A stretch of DNA of 64,000 nucleotides from Candidatus Heimdallarchaeota archaeon (GCA_019057815.1 JAHLWR010000020.1:1-64000), one strand, 5' to 3'; shown: positions 1 to 11,225, numbered from the stretch's first letter. Numbers and translations are program-made. Notes: a model not told the origin generated them from the sequence alone.

Positions 1-160
1 CATAACCATAAATTGAGCCTTGTGGATTCAATGTATAGCGTTCAACAGTTTTTGCAGTTGCAACTTCATAAAAATCTATTTCTTTTTTGATTCCTGGAAC
101 TACTATTTCTAATCTGTCAAATAATATCTGTGCAACTTCTTCTTTCTTCTTATTATATTC
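1..160 (-). pseudogene. C-terminal fragment of a phytoene desaturase-like FAD oxidoreductase, 5'-truncated and running off the window
   Basis: Manual translation EYNKKKEEVAQILFDRLEIVVPGIKKEIDFYEVATAKTVERYTLNPQGSIYGY matches the family's T-P/A-x-T-x-x-R-Y-T-x-N-x-x-G-x-x-Y-G region. Upstream the frame runs into the repeat at 161 and an in-frame stop. Confidence 0.65.
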
Positions 161-2491
161 GGTCAACAGATTTTTTTATAAGGGATTCTTTTTGTCTTTC
201 ATTTCTTTTAATTTACTTTTTTAGCTAATTCTGGAAGATTTTTAACAAAAAACAACACAACAGATAATTTAGAGTAACTACAATCTTTAAAGGTTAAAAT
301 ATCAAAGAAGTATTTTGCTCTATTCTTTTAAAACGGAAAATAGGGAGTAAAGAAGGAGAAATAATTTTATTCTTTCTTACAGTTTTCTTGGTTTCTTCCT
401 CTTTCTAACGGTACTCCTTAATGAAACTATATAGGCGAGGATAATAACACCCACAATAAAAATTGTGGATAGAGGAGTTGAAGCTGTAGGAACATCAGTT
501 AGAGGATGACGATCAGTAGAGTTAGCTATTCCATCAATTAGATAATCACCTTCTAACCAGTCTGACCAGTAGTTACCTTTTCGCTTCTCATACCAAAGAT
601 TATCCGTACCTCCATCATAAGCTTGACTAGTACCTTCAGGGTTGTTGTTGATGAAAGCATTGTGGTGAATGAGGTTATCAGAGGATGCAGCATCCAGGTA
701 AACTCCATATTGCTCATTTTCTTCCAAGAGATTATAAGTGAGAATATTAGAGTCAGAATCCCTCAGAAAAACTCCGTAGTTGTTATTTTTGTAAGAGTTG
801 TTAGTAAGCGTGGTAGAAAGAGTATGGTCTAGATAAGTCCCCCAGACATTTTCAGCAAAGAGAGAGTTTTCGACTTTACAAGAGTCACTATAAGCTAAGA
901 ACAGCCCAGTGGTAACATCAGTGAAGTTTTGGTTGCTCACGGTTATATTATTGCAGTTAATAAAAAAGAGTTGACCATAGACTGAGGTATTAAACGAACG
1001 ATCATTAAGATCTGTAAAATAACCTACAGGACGACCATTAACCCAGTTACTGTCTTTGGTAAATTTTTGAGAAAGATACCCTGGACATGAATCATCCCAG
1101 ATAGCTATCCCTCCTTTGATCATGGTATTATTGGTTAGGGTTGTAGCCCCACTGTTATAAATAACAATACTTCTATTGTTATTATAAAACCTATTATTAA
1201 CGACGGGGATATCACCAGAATGGTCCAAAATAAGTCCTTGATCATTATCGTTACATGTGTTGTTAGTTACTGATGAACTACGTGAACGTAATAGATAAAT
1301 TCCCTTAGTGTTCCCATTACAACGATTATCTGTTAAAATTGAATCATCAGCGTCATCTAACCATATTCCAAAGTCGTTATTTGAGCAGATGTTGTTTCTG
1401 AGTGTAACATTACCAGAATAAAGAAGAGAGGGATCCCTTGAATTATATACAATGAGAATGGCATGTTCGTTAAAATTGCAAGTGTTATTGGATATAGTTA
1501 AAGATCTAGAATAATACACTGAGATGGCTTTTTTATTATTGTTGCAGGTATTATTTGTGATAGTTGAAAAATCAGATCTAGTAAGATAAATGCCCTCATC
1601 GTTGAAGTTGCAGGTGTTATTAGAGAAAGTTGAGGAATCAGAATCGTATGCATAAATACCTACCATCTTATTATTGTTACAAATATTGTTTGTAATTGTT
1701 ATCGAAACCGAATCACTAATCGAAATGCTCCTTAAGTTATTGTTGTTGCAAGTGTTGTTTGCAACAGTTGAACTACCAGAATACAGAAGCGAGATCCCAA
1801 TGTTATTGTTGTTGCAAGTGTTGTTTATTATAAAGGCATTACCAACAAGCGTTAGTCCGATACCAACACCATCATTGTTGACACAGGTGTTATTTCTAAC
1901 AGTAGCTGTTCCAGGAGCAACTTCTAAAATACTGATACCTTGTATTTTAGCATCAATATAGCAATTAGATATGCTGAAAAACTTAGTTGTCCCTACAATA
2001 AAGATACCACATTCTGCTAATGATGTAATATTGTATCCTTCAATGATGTAAGGATCTTCAGCTGTTCCTGAACCATTAAAAACTTCTAATTCGCTATCAG
2101 AGGTTATTAAAATAGGATCATGAGGAGTTAAAAGAAGTTTCATTAATGATGGTTCGGACCTACAAAAAGAAGGAGTGAATGTAGGTATAAAGATAGAAGT
2201 TCCTATAAGTACTATCATAACAATTTGCACGACTTTAGCTCTTACAATTTGTTGAAATATTAGCTTTTTCATTAAGTTCACTCAGCTACTTTACTGTTAA
2301 TATTTCTATTTAAACATTTATCTATGTTTTCATTTCTTTTGTTATACTTTTAATCTCTAAAATATTTATTTATTGATTCTTAACTTCATATTGTTCTGTA
2401 AGAAGTTCATTAGAGAAATAAACATGATATTTCACCCAAGATAGAAGTAATAATAGTATTCCCCATCATACTCGCAAAGCATCTGTTGACC
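161..2491. mobile_element. Putative non-autonomous IR-bounded cargo element A carrying a beta-helix gene
   Basis: GGTCAACAGAT at 161-171 and its reverse complement at 2481-2491. The left 36 bp are 33/36 identical to 11837-11872. No transposase inside. Confidence 0.6.
377..2281 (-). CDS. Secreted/membrane-anchored right-handed parallel beta-helix (NosD/CASH-like) protein
   Basis: N-terminal hydrophobic segment, GSGTAEDPYIIEG motif, many xxNNTCNNN repeats, GNYWSD motif, C-terminal TM helix with basic tail. Confidence 0.85.
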   Translation of the reverse strand: MNLMKKLIFQQIVRAKVVQIVMIVLIGTSIFIPTFTPSFCRSEPSLMKLLLTPHDPILITSDSELEVFNGSGTAEDPYIIEGYNITSLAECGIFIVGTTKFFSISNCYIDAKIQGISILEVAPGTATVRNNTCVNNDGVGIGLTLVGNAFIINNTCNNNNIGISLLYSGSSTVANNTCNNNNLRSISISDSVSITITNNICNNNKMVGIYAYDSDSSTFSNNTCNFNDEGIYLTRSDFSTITNNTCNNNKKAISVYYSRSLTISNNTCNFNEHAILIVYNSRDPSLLYSGNVTLRNNICSNNDFGIWLDDADDSILTDNRCNGNTKGIYLLRSRSSSVTNNTCNDNDQGLILDHSGDIPVVNNRFYNNNRSIVIYNSGATTLTNNTMIKGGIAIWDDSCPGYLSQKFTKDSNWVNGRPVGYFTDLNDRSFNTSVYGQLFFINCNNITVSNQNFTDVTTGLFLAYSDSCKVENSLFAENVWGTYLDHTLSTTLTNNSYKNNNYGVFLRDSDSNILTYNLLEENEQYGVYLDAASSDNLIHHNAFINNNPEGTSQAYDGGTDNLWYEKRKGNYWSDWLEGDYLIDGIANSTDRHPLTDVPTASTPLSTIFIVGVIILAYIVSLRSTVRKRKKPRKL

Positions 2492-5257
2492 TTAAGTAAA
2501 ATGCTGACCTATTATTCTTTTCTTAATATCCTGAGTAAGCGTGATAATATTTTTGTTTTCTTCAAGCATAAAGATTTCCCAATTGAAGAGTAATTGTTGT
2601 TCAATTCGATGATAGAGATTCTCAGCAAGTGCATACTCAGACTTATCTAGATGAGTTTTAGCTTTTTCTATTAGAAGTTCTACTATAACTACTTTATCTG
2701 TTACCCATTTACACAGATTTATTATATTATCTACAACTTCTTCTCTTATCTGTACATAATCGTTCTTTTGGTATTTAGGGATTTTAAGAACGGTGTACAA
2801 TAATAAATTAGCACGAACAAATAGTAAGTTCCACAGATGAGTTTTATAATGTTGCTCTTCTTTTATCTCTTTCAAAGTATGAATTATTATATCCAATGAA
2901 TCAAAGGCTACTTCATGTTTTTCAGTTTCAATAAGCTTTGGTAAAATTTCTAGTTGCAAGCATAAACCATAACGACCTTTTTTCATTTCCTTCTTAGAAA
3001 ATCTCATCAAATCCGAGTAATTATCTTCAATTTCAAGTAATAAGCTTAATAATTCACGAGCTTTATTCCAGTCTCTATATTCACACAAATCGAAAAACAA
3101 AGAAATAATATTCTCTTTCAAATGATCAGATGAATTTTCTTTTAGTGACAAAATATCTTCTAAGAGTTCAGATAGAAGTAAATATTTTTCAGATTGAAAT
3201 TGATTTGAAAGAAGCTTAAGGTCACTCAAAGCTTCATTTTTAGATCCTTTTCCAATTAATATAAGCTGTAACGCTTTGTAATAGTTGCTTTCCAGTATTT
3301 TCCCATTTTCCTTCAAGTTCTTACTTATTTCAATTAATTTATTACAGTGTTCTATTTTTTGATCACTTACCATAGAAGTTTTTGATAATAATTCACCTTT
3401 TAAATGGACCCACGCATACTGATAGTAAAAATCTCTCCAATACCTGCAGTCAGCTCTTTTAAGAAACAGTTCAAATAAATCTTTAAAGAAATTAGATAAA
3501 TCTTCAGTTTTAATTTTTAGATGGTGAGCCTTATTAAGTAAGGTGATAATGGGATTAAGGTCATTTTCGTTACGTAAGGATAAATCAAATATGGTTATGG
3601 GGTCACTTGCAAAAATTTTTTGGAAATTGTTATTTTTAACAAATGAATACATCCTACGTATTTCAAGTGCACATTCTAATAACTTCATTTTAATATCTCT
3701 AAACTTCCCTCCTTCAATATAGTACTTGAAAACATTAAGATGTGGTGGAGCTTTAGGGAAAATAATTGATGCTTTAGAAGCAGGGCAATTAATCGCCCTT
3801 TGTAGTTTCAATAGCACTTCTTCGATATTCTGAAAACTAACCTTCTTTTCATCATTTTCCTTATGTAAAACCCCAATTACTGAATAATAGGGTGTAACTG
3901 TAGAAGTCATCTCCTTCGTAGAATTAGCTTCCACTTGAAAATCTTCTTTCATTAGAAGACAAATTTCTTCATTTGCGATTTCCAAAGTTAAGAGAAAATA
4001 ACTTCTAATATCATTTTCTGGTAAATTTTGGATTTCAAACCATGTATCATCCCTAATTGAAGTTTCAGCTGTTTTTTCTATAATTCTCAGAAAGTGTGAA
4101 TAAGATGTAGATGCAAATCTATTGATTGGTACTGATAAGATATCGAAAATTTCCTCTGTTATTGTTCCATTTTTATACAAATCAACCGTGGAAAGATAGT
4201 AAGGATCAAAGAATTCATCTTGTTCTACAAAATAAAAAATAAGACTACTTATCTCAACTTTTCTCACATAAAGTTCTGTTTCAATATCTTTGAATTTTCT
4301 TTCGTGGGAGTATGTAATTGCCTTATCTAAGATTTCGATGGATTTATCAAAATCATTTATGCTCTCAAAAGCGTCAGCCAATTTTTTACATGTAATAAGA
4401 AACTTCTCTTGATCAGACCAACGAACGGATTTCAGCATTAAATCTGCAAAGTTGTGCAATATCTCTGGTTCAACTAACATCAACGATTGGGCAAATAATG
4501 TGTCTAAATTTTCTAAAACCCCATCAATAAGATGAACTGATGAACCTATTTTAGCTAAAACAGCTTTTATTTCATTTTTAATTTCTTCTATTCCTTCTTT
4601 TGGATGAGGAAGTGAAAGTGAACCTATCACAGTTAGTAAGTAAACTATGGAAATAAATATGGTTGGAAGATTCTCTGTATCCTTAATTGTTAATAACCAA
4701 TCATAAGTAGCGTCAAAACCCCTTGTATAATCATCAAGTTCCCAATACGATTTAGCTTTCAACTCCTTTATTATAGACGTGATTTCATCATCTATCACAT
4801 TATATTTTTCAACTTCTCTTATCTCCTTTAGCACTTTTTTATAATTTGAGTTTCTGTAAAATTCGTAAGCAACTTGAAGCTTAATACTAGCCATTATTTC
4901 ATAAAGTTTGAACTTCTTTGCAAGAGATGCAGCTTTTACGAGCAAAGGTAAAGGATCTTTATTCAGAGATGTGTATAATTGAGATTGAAAAATTAAAGCT
5001 TTCATCAAAATGAAATTGTCTTTAGATTGATTAGCTAATTGTAACAAAAAATCGCTTATCTCACGAGATTCATCAATTTGATTATTAATCAGAAGCTCTT
5101 GACCTTTCAATGCACTTTCAGTGACTAAGTCTTCCAAAGAAGTAGATATTGTGATTCCATATTTTTTTACTATTGATAATAAATCATCCCCTAACAGTTT
5201 TCTTTTTTTAGATTTCATTTTATTATTAATCTCTTGTGAATTGTTGTTAGAAGACAC
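2492..5257 (-). CDS. Large alpha-helical (TPR-like) hypothetical protein
   Basis: 921-aa ORF with helical TPR-like patterns. No catalytic motif recognised. Confidence 0.6.
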   Translation of the reverse strand: MSSNNNSQEINNKMKSKKRKLLGDDLLSIVKKYGITISTSLEDLVTESALKGQELLINNQIDESREISDFLLQLANQSKDNFILMKALIFQSQLYTSLNKDPLPLLVKAASLAKKFKLYEIMASIKLQVAYEFYRNSNYKKVLKEIREVEKYNVIDDEITSIIKELKAKSYWELDDYTRGFDATYDWLLTIKDTENLPTIFISIVYLLTVIGSLSLPHPKEGIEEIKNEIKAVLAKIGSSVHLIDGVLENLDTLFAQSLMLVEPEILHNFADLMLKSVRWSDQEKFLITCKKLADAFESINDFDKSIEILDKAITYSHERKFKDIETELYVRKVEISSLIFYFVEQDEFFDPYYLSTVDLYKNGTITEEIFDILSVPINRFASTSYSHFLRIIEKTAETSIRDDTWFEIQNLPENDIRSYFLLTLEIANEEICLLMKEDFQVEANSTKEMTSTVTPYYSVIGVLHKENDEKKVSFQNIEEVLLKLQRAINCPASKASIIFPKAPPHLNVFKYYIEGGKFRDIKMKLLECALEIRRMYSFVKNNNFQKIFASDPITIFDLSLRNENDLNPIITLLNKAHHLKIKTEDLSNFFKDLFELFLKRADCRYWRDFYYQYAWVHLKGELLSKTSMVSDQKIEHCNKLIEISKNLKENGKILESNYYKALQLILIGKGSKNEALSDLKLLSNQFQSEKYLLLSELLEDILSLKENSSDHLKENIISLFFDLCEYRDWNKARELLSLLLEIEDNYSDLMRFSKKEMKKGRYGLCLQLEILPKLIETEKHEVAFDSLDIIIHTLKEIKEEQHYKTHLWNLLFVRANLLLYTVLKIPKYQKNDYVQIREEVVDNIINLCKWVTDKVVIVELLIEKAKTHLDKSEYALAENLYHRIEQQLLFNWEIFMLEENKNIITLTQDIKKRIIGQHFT

Positions 5258-5444
5258 TTGGATTCAATCTACACTAGAATTATAATTAACACAAAATTTA
5301 CGAATTTATCAAAGTTTTGTTAAGACAACAATAAAGAAAGAAGAAATTAAAAGAGTATAAACTAACATTCTTACTGTTCATCACCAAAGAATAGATAAAT
5401 ACTTAAATATCTCTCTTGCTGATTTTAACCATAGGAATATTAAG

Positions 5445-7019
5445 ATGGTGGTTTATTTGGGATATCCTCAAGTATCTCTTTACGAATATCTTCTACAAAG
5501 TTCTGAAAATAGAAGAATGGCTATTGCAATTGAAGGCAGTGATGAGCAAGTTACATACCAGGATATAATAGATAGATCAAATAAACTAGCTGATTTCCTC
5601 CTTACATGCGATGTTAAAAAAAATGACACTATAGCCATTGCTCTTCCAAATTCGATAAATTATATTATTTCTGTTTTTTCTGCTTTTCAAATAGGTGCTA
5701 AAGTAACACCAATAAATATCAGGCTTTCTCAACGCGAAATAAACTTCCAGTTACTTGATTCAGAGGCTAAAGCTATCATTATTTCACCTGAAATGTGTGA
5801 TGTTTTTGGAGATTTAAAAAATAAATTCGATTTCAAAGCAAGAATAATAACCCCAAGCATTGTTTCAGATTCTTCTGAAAATGATTGCATTGATGATTAT
5901 GTACATTTAAAAAGCATTCAACAAGCCGACAGAAAATTCACTGAAAATATGAGTAATGCTGATTCTATAGCCTTTCTTCTTTACACAGGCGGAACTACAG
6001 GAACACCTAAAGCTGTAATGTTAACACATTCCAACATTTTAATCAATTCAATGCAATTCAACAGCCGTTTGGATGAATCACCTAGAACGGATAAAGAGAG
6101 TGCTCTAGCTGTTCTACCTTTAAGCCATAGTTTTGGTTTAATTTGTGCCTTATTCGCACCTCTCTTCAGGGGAGATAAAATTATCACCCAAGCAACTTTT
6201 TCACCATCCAAAGTTTTAGAGATTATTGAGAAAAAGAAAATTACCGCTTTTCATGGTGTCCCCACAATGTACTTTGCTCTATTGAGTGAAGATTTAGAAA
6301 AATATGACATTAGTAGTTTAAAATTGTGCATCTCCGGAGGAGCAGGATTACCAAAAGAAGTTTATGAACAATTTCTTAAGAGAACTGGTGTTTCGATAAA
6401 AGAAGGTTATGGATTAACAGAATGTAGCCCTGTTACACATGTAAATCCAATTTATGACCCCAAGATTGGATCCATTGGTAAACTTCTAACAGATACTCAA
6501 GCTAAAATAATCGATCCAGAAACAAACGAGACTTTGCCACTTGGAGAGACAGGAGAGTTGGTCATTAAAGGACCGCAAGTAATGAAAGGTTATTGGAAAA
6601 AAGGTGTTGAAACTATCAACGTTTTCACTAAAGATGGGTGGCTAAAAACAGGTGATTTAGCAAAAGTTGATGAAAAAGAATATTTTTACATTATTGATAG
6701 ATTAAAGGATGTAATCAATTCTGGCGGATACAAAATTTATCCCAAGGAAGTAGAAGAGATCTTACATCAACATCCAGCTGTAGCGATAGCTGCAGTTATT
6801 CCTATACCTGATGATTTCTATGGAGAAGTAGTAAAAGCTTATATTATTCTTAAAAAAGGCCAAAAGACTTCAAAAGAAGAAATTACTGAATATTGTAGAA
6901 AATTTTTGGCAAGTTTTAAAATTCCCAAGGAAATAGAATTTACAAAAAAATTACCTTTAAGCGCAGCTGGTAAAGTGTTAAAAAGAGAATTGAAGAAAAA
7001 TAGTACTACTGAATATTAG
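5445..7019 (+). CDS. Long-chain fatty acid-CoA ligase (AMP-binding family)
   Basis: YTGGTTGTPK, EGYGLTE, KTGD, DRLKD and GKVLK motifs. Confidence 0.92.
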   Translation: MVVYLGYPQVSLYEYLLQSSENRRMAIAIEGSDEQVTYQDIIDRSNKLADFLLTCDVKKNDTIAIALPNSINYIISVFSAFQIGAKVTPINIRLSQREINFQLLDSEAKAIIISPEMCDVFGDLKNKFDFKARIITPSIVSDSSENDCIDDYVHLKSIQQADRKFTENMSNADSIAFLLYTGGTTGTPKAVMLTHSNILINSMQFNSRLDESPRTDKESALAVLPLSHSFGLICALFAPLFRGDKIITQATFSPSKVLEIIEKKKITAFHGVPTMYFALLSEDLEKYDISSLKLCISGGAGLPKEVYEQFLKRTGVSIKEGYGLTECSPVTHVNPIYDPKIGSIGKLLTDTQAKIIDPETNETLPLGETGELVIKGPQVMKGYWKKGVETINVFTKDGWLKTGDLAKVDEKEYFYIIDRLKDVINSGGYKIYPKEVEEILHQHPAVAIAAVIPIPDDFYGEVVKAYIILKKGQKTSKEEITEYCRKFLASFKIPKEIEFTKKLPLSAAGKVLKRELKKNSTTEY

Positions 7020-8034
7020 AAATGATTATTTCGAAAGCTTCATCAACTGAGAGAGGTTCGAAAACCTCATTACTAAATACTTTTCTACTCAAATCATACA
7101 GAGCCTTATTATATGGAGTTTTTACATTGTTTTTTTGTGCGAGTTGTAATATATATCCATTCAAAGTATCTAATTCGGTGATATTTTTCTTCTTCATTAT
7201 AAGATCTTGAGCCATGCTGTTTATCATTGCATGTTTAACATTTTTCTTGAAAATGAGAGTGCGTAAAAAGGAAGGAATTTTCAAGCTTAGAGAGATTGTT
7301 TTCCAATTTGGAAGACTTCCTAACGCATGTTCTTTATAGCCAGCTTTTTTGATAATCTTAATACCTTCAGAAATAACTTTTGTTGATAAGAGTGAAAGTT
7401 TGGAAAACGAGGATAGTTTTTGGAAATTCAAACCCACCAAGGTAAATAGAGAATTTGACAGATTAAGCGCAATTTTAGTATGAACAGCATCTTGTAATCG
7501 GTCAGTAATTTCACATTTAAAACCTAGATTAAAAATACCATTTATCTCTTCTATTGAGTATTGTGGTTTATCATCTTCTGTTCCTAAGTATAGTGGACCC
7601 TTCGTTTTGTAATATACAACATTTTCATTATCTTGCCAAACATTAAAACAAATGACACCATAAATTATCTTATTGAAGTACTTAGTTAGAATGTTTTGAT
7701 TTTCCACCCCGTTTTGTAAAGCAACAATTATAACTTCACTCTTGAATTTTGAATGGATCTGTTGCGCAGCTTTTTCTAAATCGTAATTTTTAACTGCTAA
7801 TATGATAACATTAACATTATCAATATCATCTAAGGAGTTAATTACGGAAGCTTTTACGTTATTTTCTTTGTTTGAATCAACCCCAGAAAGAATAAGCCCT
7901 TCATCTTGTAATTTGATATACTTATCTCCTCTAGCTAATAAAATAATATCTTTGTAACGAGGAGCAATCCAGCCATAAACAGATGAACCAATAGCACCAG
8001 CACCATATACAAGAATTCTTAGTTTTTCAGGCAT
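7006..8034 (-). CDS. panE: Ketopantoate reductase (PanE/ApbA) family
   Basis: GAGAIG, LAVK, LQNGV, SMAQD and TELDTLNG motifs. Confidence 0.85.
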   Translation of the reverse strand: MPEKLRILVYGAGAIGSSVYGWIAPRYKDIILLARGDKYIKLQDEGLILSGVDSNKENNVKASVINSLDDIDNVNVIILAVKNYDLEKAAQQIHSKFKSEVIIVALQNGVENQNILTKYFNKIIYGVICFNVWQDNENVVYYKTKGPLYLGTEDDKPQYSIEEINGIFNLGFKCEITDRLQDAVHTKIALNLSNSLFTLVGLNFQKLSSFSKLSLLSTKVISEGIKIIKKAGYKEHALGSLPNWKTISLSLKIPSFLRTLIFKKNVKHAMINSMAQDLIMKKKNITELDTLNGYILQLAQKNNVKTPYNKALYDLSRKVFSNEVFEPLSVDEAFEIIISNIQ

Positions 8035-8160
8035 AATTACTAATGATTAATGGTGCTTTTGAATTTTTCCAAAACTAAACAATGAGAATGCAAATGCTCG
8101 TAAAACTGCCAATAAGTAAATATACTTAATATTTTCAAATAGTAGGTAGGTGCTTAAACT

Positions 8161-9069
8161 ATGGAACAAAAAGGCTTTGAGACGGAGCTTGCTATGAGTT
8201 TAATAGAAAATCAACTTTACGATGAAGCATTATCTTATTTGAACCGCTTAATTGATAAATATCCAGAAAATCAGCTTCTCTTTCTTAAAGGAAAGATATT
8301 CTATGTTACTGGGTTATTTCAAGAATCTATTGAGGTTTTAACAACGATTATAGCTGATCAAACAGATTATTGGCAAGCTTATGAACTACTTGGGGAGATT
8401 TATCGTACTCTTAATCAAAGCGATTTGGCTGAAACATTCTATTCGAAAGCTACAGAGATAAATCCACAAGCGATGTCTTCATGGTTAGGGAGAGGAAAAA
8501 TGGCATATCGACAATGTGAATTTCAAATAGCTACCCTATGTTTTGAAACATACTTAAGATCTGATGTGAAGAATATAGAAATAAGGCTATTATTAGCCAG
8601 GAGTTATAGAGAGATGGAAAACTATTTGTCTGCAATTGATGCTTATAATGAAACCATAGATTTTGACCCCACCAATCAAGATATTTACGAAGAACTTGGA
8701 GATTTATATATCAAGCTCGATCATCCAGAAATTGCAAGAGAAAAGTATTCTCAAGCTTTACAAGTAGAAGAAAAAACAAGACCAGTCAACAAAGAGATCT
8801 ACTACAAGTTAATAGAATTAGTATTTAAAGAGGAAAAATACCAAAAAGCATTCAATCTTTGCAACGAACTCTTAACAATTGTTAAATCTGATCCAAAAGC
8901 GCTCTTTCTTTCTGGAAAAGCATTAATCAAACTTAATGATATTAAAGAGGGACGAAAAAGAATTTCTGAAGCATATAATTTAGAAAAAAATGATGAATAT
9001 TGGAAATATCTCGAAAAATTTGATGATAATCGATTAAGAGAGAAAATAAAATCAAGAAATTACGAATGA
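8161..9069 (+). CDS. Tetratricopeptide repeat protein
   Basis: Repeated 34-aa TPR patterns (AYELLGEIY, EELGDLY). Confidence 0.85.
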   Translation: MEQKGFETELAMSLIENQLYDEALSYLNRLIDKYPENQLLFLKGKIFYVTGLFQESIEVLTTIIADQTDYWQAYELLGEIYRTLNQSDLAETFYSKATEINPQAMSSWLGRGKMAYRQCEFQIATLCFETYLRSDVKNIEIRLLLARSYREMENYLSAIDAYNETIDFDPTNQDIYEELGDLYIKLDHPEIAREKYSQALQVEEKTRPVNKEIYYKLIELVFKEEKYQKAFNLCNELLTIVKSDPKALFLSGKALIKLNDIKEGRKRISEAYNLEKNDEYWKYLEKFDDNRLREKIKSRNYE

Positions 9070-9082
9070 TAGTGAGAAAAAA

Positions 9083-9847
9083 TTGGAATCGCAGAAATCA
9101 GAAGATGAAATATTCTCACAGATTGCATATAAACATCTGTCAAAATTCTGTTTTATGGTTTGGGATTATTTTACAATTCCAAAGTTATTCGATTTTTATG
9201 GATCTGAGAGTTCATGCCTTTGCCACTATGGTAATCATTACCTTCTTCATGGAATCCCAAATGAAGAGATTCTTGAAAATATTAGAAATAAGGGAGAGTT
9301 TGTAGTTGCATATGATAGTATTTGGAGAAATCTGATAATTCAAAACTTTATAAATCTTAGATTAGTTGACGATTCAGCTGGAAATAGTGTTTACAACACT
9401 TTTTTATGTATGGAAATAAGTAAAGACAACTTAAGTTTAAAAAAGGATTATAAAAGTAGAGAAATAACTGATGAAGACTTTGATTTACTATCACTAAAAC
9501 AACAAATTCACATGCAAAAAGGATTTGGTGGCACTTGTATAACTAAGGAAAACATACTTATTGGATGTGCATTTGCTCCACATGTAGTAAATAAGAACGA
9601 TTTTTCATTTGCCATCATACGAGATGTTTGGGTTGATAGAAACCACAGAAACAAGGGGTATGGTTACGATTTAACTGAAAATTTATGTAAATATATTTTC
9701 AATCAAGATATAGAGAGAATATTCCTGTGGGTTGAAAAAAGCAACATTCCAGCAGTTAAGATATATAATAAAATGGGATTCATCACTAAAGAACAAGTCT
9801 TAGGAAACTTATGTCAACTAAAAAAAAGAGAAGTTTTAATAGTTTAA
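9083..9847 (+). CDS. GNAT family N-acetyltransferase
   Basis: VWVDRNHRNKGYG acetyl-CoA motif and SNIPAVKIYNKMGF. Confidence 0.85.
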   Translation: MESQKSEDEIFSQIAYKHLSKFCFMVWDYFTIPKLFDFYGSESSCLCHYGNHYLLHGIPNEEILENIRNKGEFVVAYDSIWRNLIIQNFINLRLVDDSAGNSVYNTFLCMEISKDNLSLKKDYKSREITDEDFDLLSLKQQIHMQKGFGGTCITKENILIGCAFAPHVVNKNDFSFAIIRDVWVDRNHRNKGYGYDLTENLCKYIFNQDIERIFLWVEKSNIPAVKIYNKMGFITKEQVLGNLCQLKKREVLIV

Positions 9848-9876
9848 TTATTGTTATTTTATTTCAGGTCATCGAT

Positions 9877-9948
9877 ATGTGGAAGATAAACGATACTACA
9901 ATTAAGTTAAATCAAGGAGATATAACTGAATATGAGGGAGATGCAATT
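9877..9948 (+). pseudogene. Macrodomain (ADP-ribose binding/hydrolase) gene, fragment 1
   Basis: MWKINDTTIKLNQGDITEYEGDAI, interrupted by the IS at 9949. Confidence 0.85.
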
Positions 9949-9953
9949 TTGAA

Positions 9954-11225
9954 CTACCACTGCCTAAAGGCGGTGGATTCTTGTTTCTTCGACGACTGCT
10001 CTCTTATAGAAAGTCTTACACCATCTCCACAAGCGTAACTTCCCGTCGTCCCAACGGTAGGGATGATAATGATATTATTAGTTTGAAGGATTTTGAGTCC
10101 TTCTTTTAGAAGGTTTTTTGAAGCATTAACATCTCTTTCATGAACTGTTGAGCATTTTGCACATATCCATTCGCGCTCTGATAGTTGGAGTTCTAAATTC
10201 TTCCAACCACAGTGAGAACATAATTTACTGGAAGGGAAAAACCGCTCCACTAATACAAGATGTCGCCCGTTTCGTTCTATTTTATGTCGCAAAGTTGATA
10301 CGAATTGTGCCCAAGAAAAGTCTAAAGTAACGGATTTACTGATTCCTTTATTGAATTGTTGCATCCCTTTAATGTTTAAACGTTCTAAAATGATTGCATC
10401 ATATTCTTGAGCAAAACAAGTAGTTAATTTATGCAACCAATCATTTTTTCGGTTCGTGATTGTGTCATATTTTCGGGCTAATCGAAGTTGAGATTTCTTA
10501 CGATTCGATGAACCCTTCTTTTTTCGGGAAAGTCTGCGATGTAATCGTTTAAGACGGTTTTCTTCGCTTCGATAAAAACGGGGGTTGTTCAATTTTATTC
10601 TTTCGGAAATCAAAAAATGGGGTGCGGACATATCGAAAGCTTCTATTCTGGATTGTTCAATAATCTTTTTCTGAGAAATATCTATGTCACGTTCTACAAG
10701 TAACGAGATAAAGTATCTACCGCTCTTGGTTTTCGAGACAGTAACTTGTTTAATCTGTTCGGTGAAGACTCGTTCATTTCGATACTTAACCCATATGTCT
10801 ATTTTAGGTAATTTTATCCGTTTTGTTTCAAAATCAATTTTGATGTTGTTATTGATGTTATATGTGGTATAACTCTGTTTATTTTTTTGGGATTTGAAAT
10901 TTGGGTATCCTATCTTTCGCGTGTTTTTCAACCCATCAAAGAATTTTTGAAAAGCGGTGTTCAGATTTCGAGTCACAGATTGAAGAGCTTTGCTATCTAC
11001 CTCTTTTAAGAAAGGAAACAACGCTTTGTATTCTTTTTCCGTTTTGTATTTGTGCGTGTATAGTTTTTCCTTATCGTGTTTGAGCTTTTGATACACTCCT
11101 TTTCGTTCATTAAGTATCTGATTCCATAGAAAACGACAGCAACCAAATGTTTTTGCTAATTGTGCTTGTTGTTCTTGGTTAGGATATATGCGGAACTTAT
11201 AAGCGTAATTAATCCTCACGTTCAA
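9954..11225 (-). CDS. tnpB: RNA-guided endonuclease TnpB
   Basis: AYKFRIYP HTH, FGCCRFLWN, RuvC D/E/D (AFDMS, ILERL, ERDVNA) and CxxC-CxxC zinc finger. Confidence 0.95.
   Translation of the reverse strand: MNVRINYAYKFRIYPNQEQQAQLAKTFGCCRFLWNQILNERKGVYQKLKHDKEKLYTHKYKTEKEYKALFPFLKEVDSKALQSVTRNLNTAFQKFFDGLKNTRKIGYPNFKSQKNKQSYTTYNINNNIKIDFETKRIKLPKIDIWVKYRNERVFTEQIKQVTVSKTKSGRYFISLLVERDIDISQKKIIEQSRIEAFDMSAPHFLISERIKLNNPRFYRSEENRLKRLHRRLSRKKKGSSNRKKSQLRLARKYDTITNRKNDWLHKLTTCFAQEYDAIILERLNIKGMQQFNKGISKSVTLDFSWAQFVSTLRHKIERNGRHLVLVERFFPSSKLCSHCGWKNLELQLSEREWICAKCSTVHERDVNASKNLLKEGLKILQTNNIIIIPTVGTTGSYACGDGVRLSIREQSSKKQESTAFRQW

Noticed and set aside
3780-4130. Possible MPN/JAB domain in the 921-aa protein (YSVIGVLH)
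   Set aside because: No HSH/D motif; resemblance too weak to support without an HMM search
9811-10038. 75-aa ORF
   Set aside because: Chimera of the macrodomain N-terminus reading into the IS end
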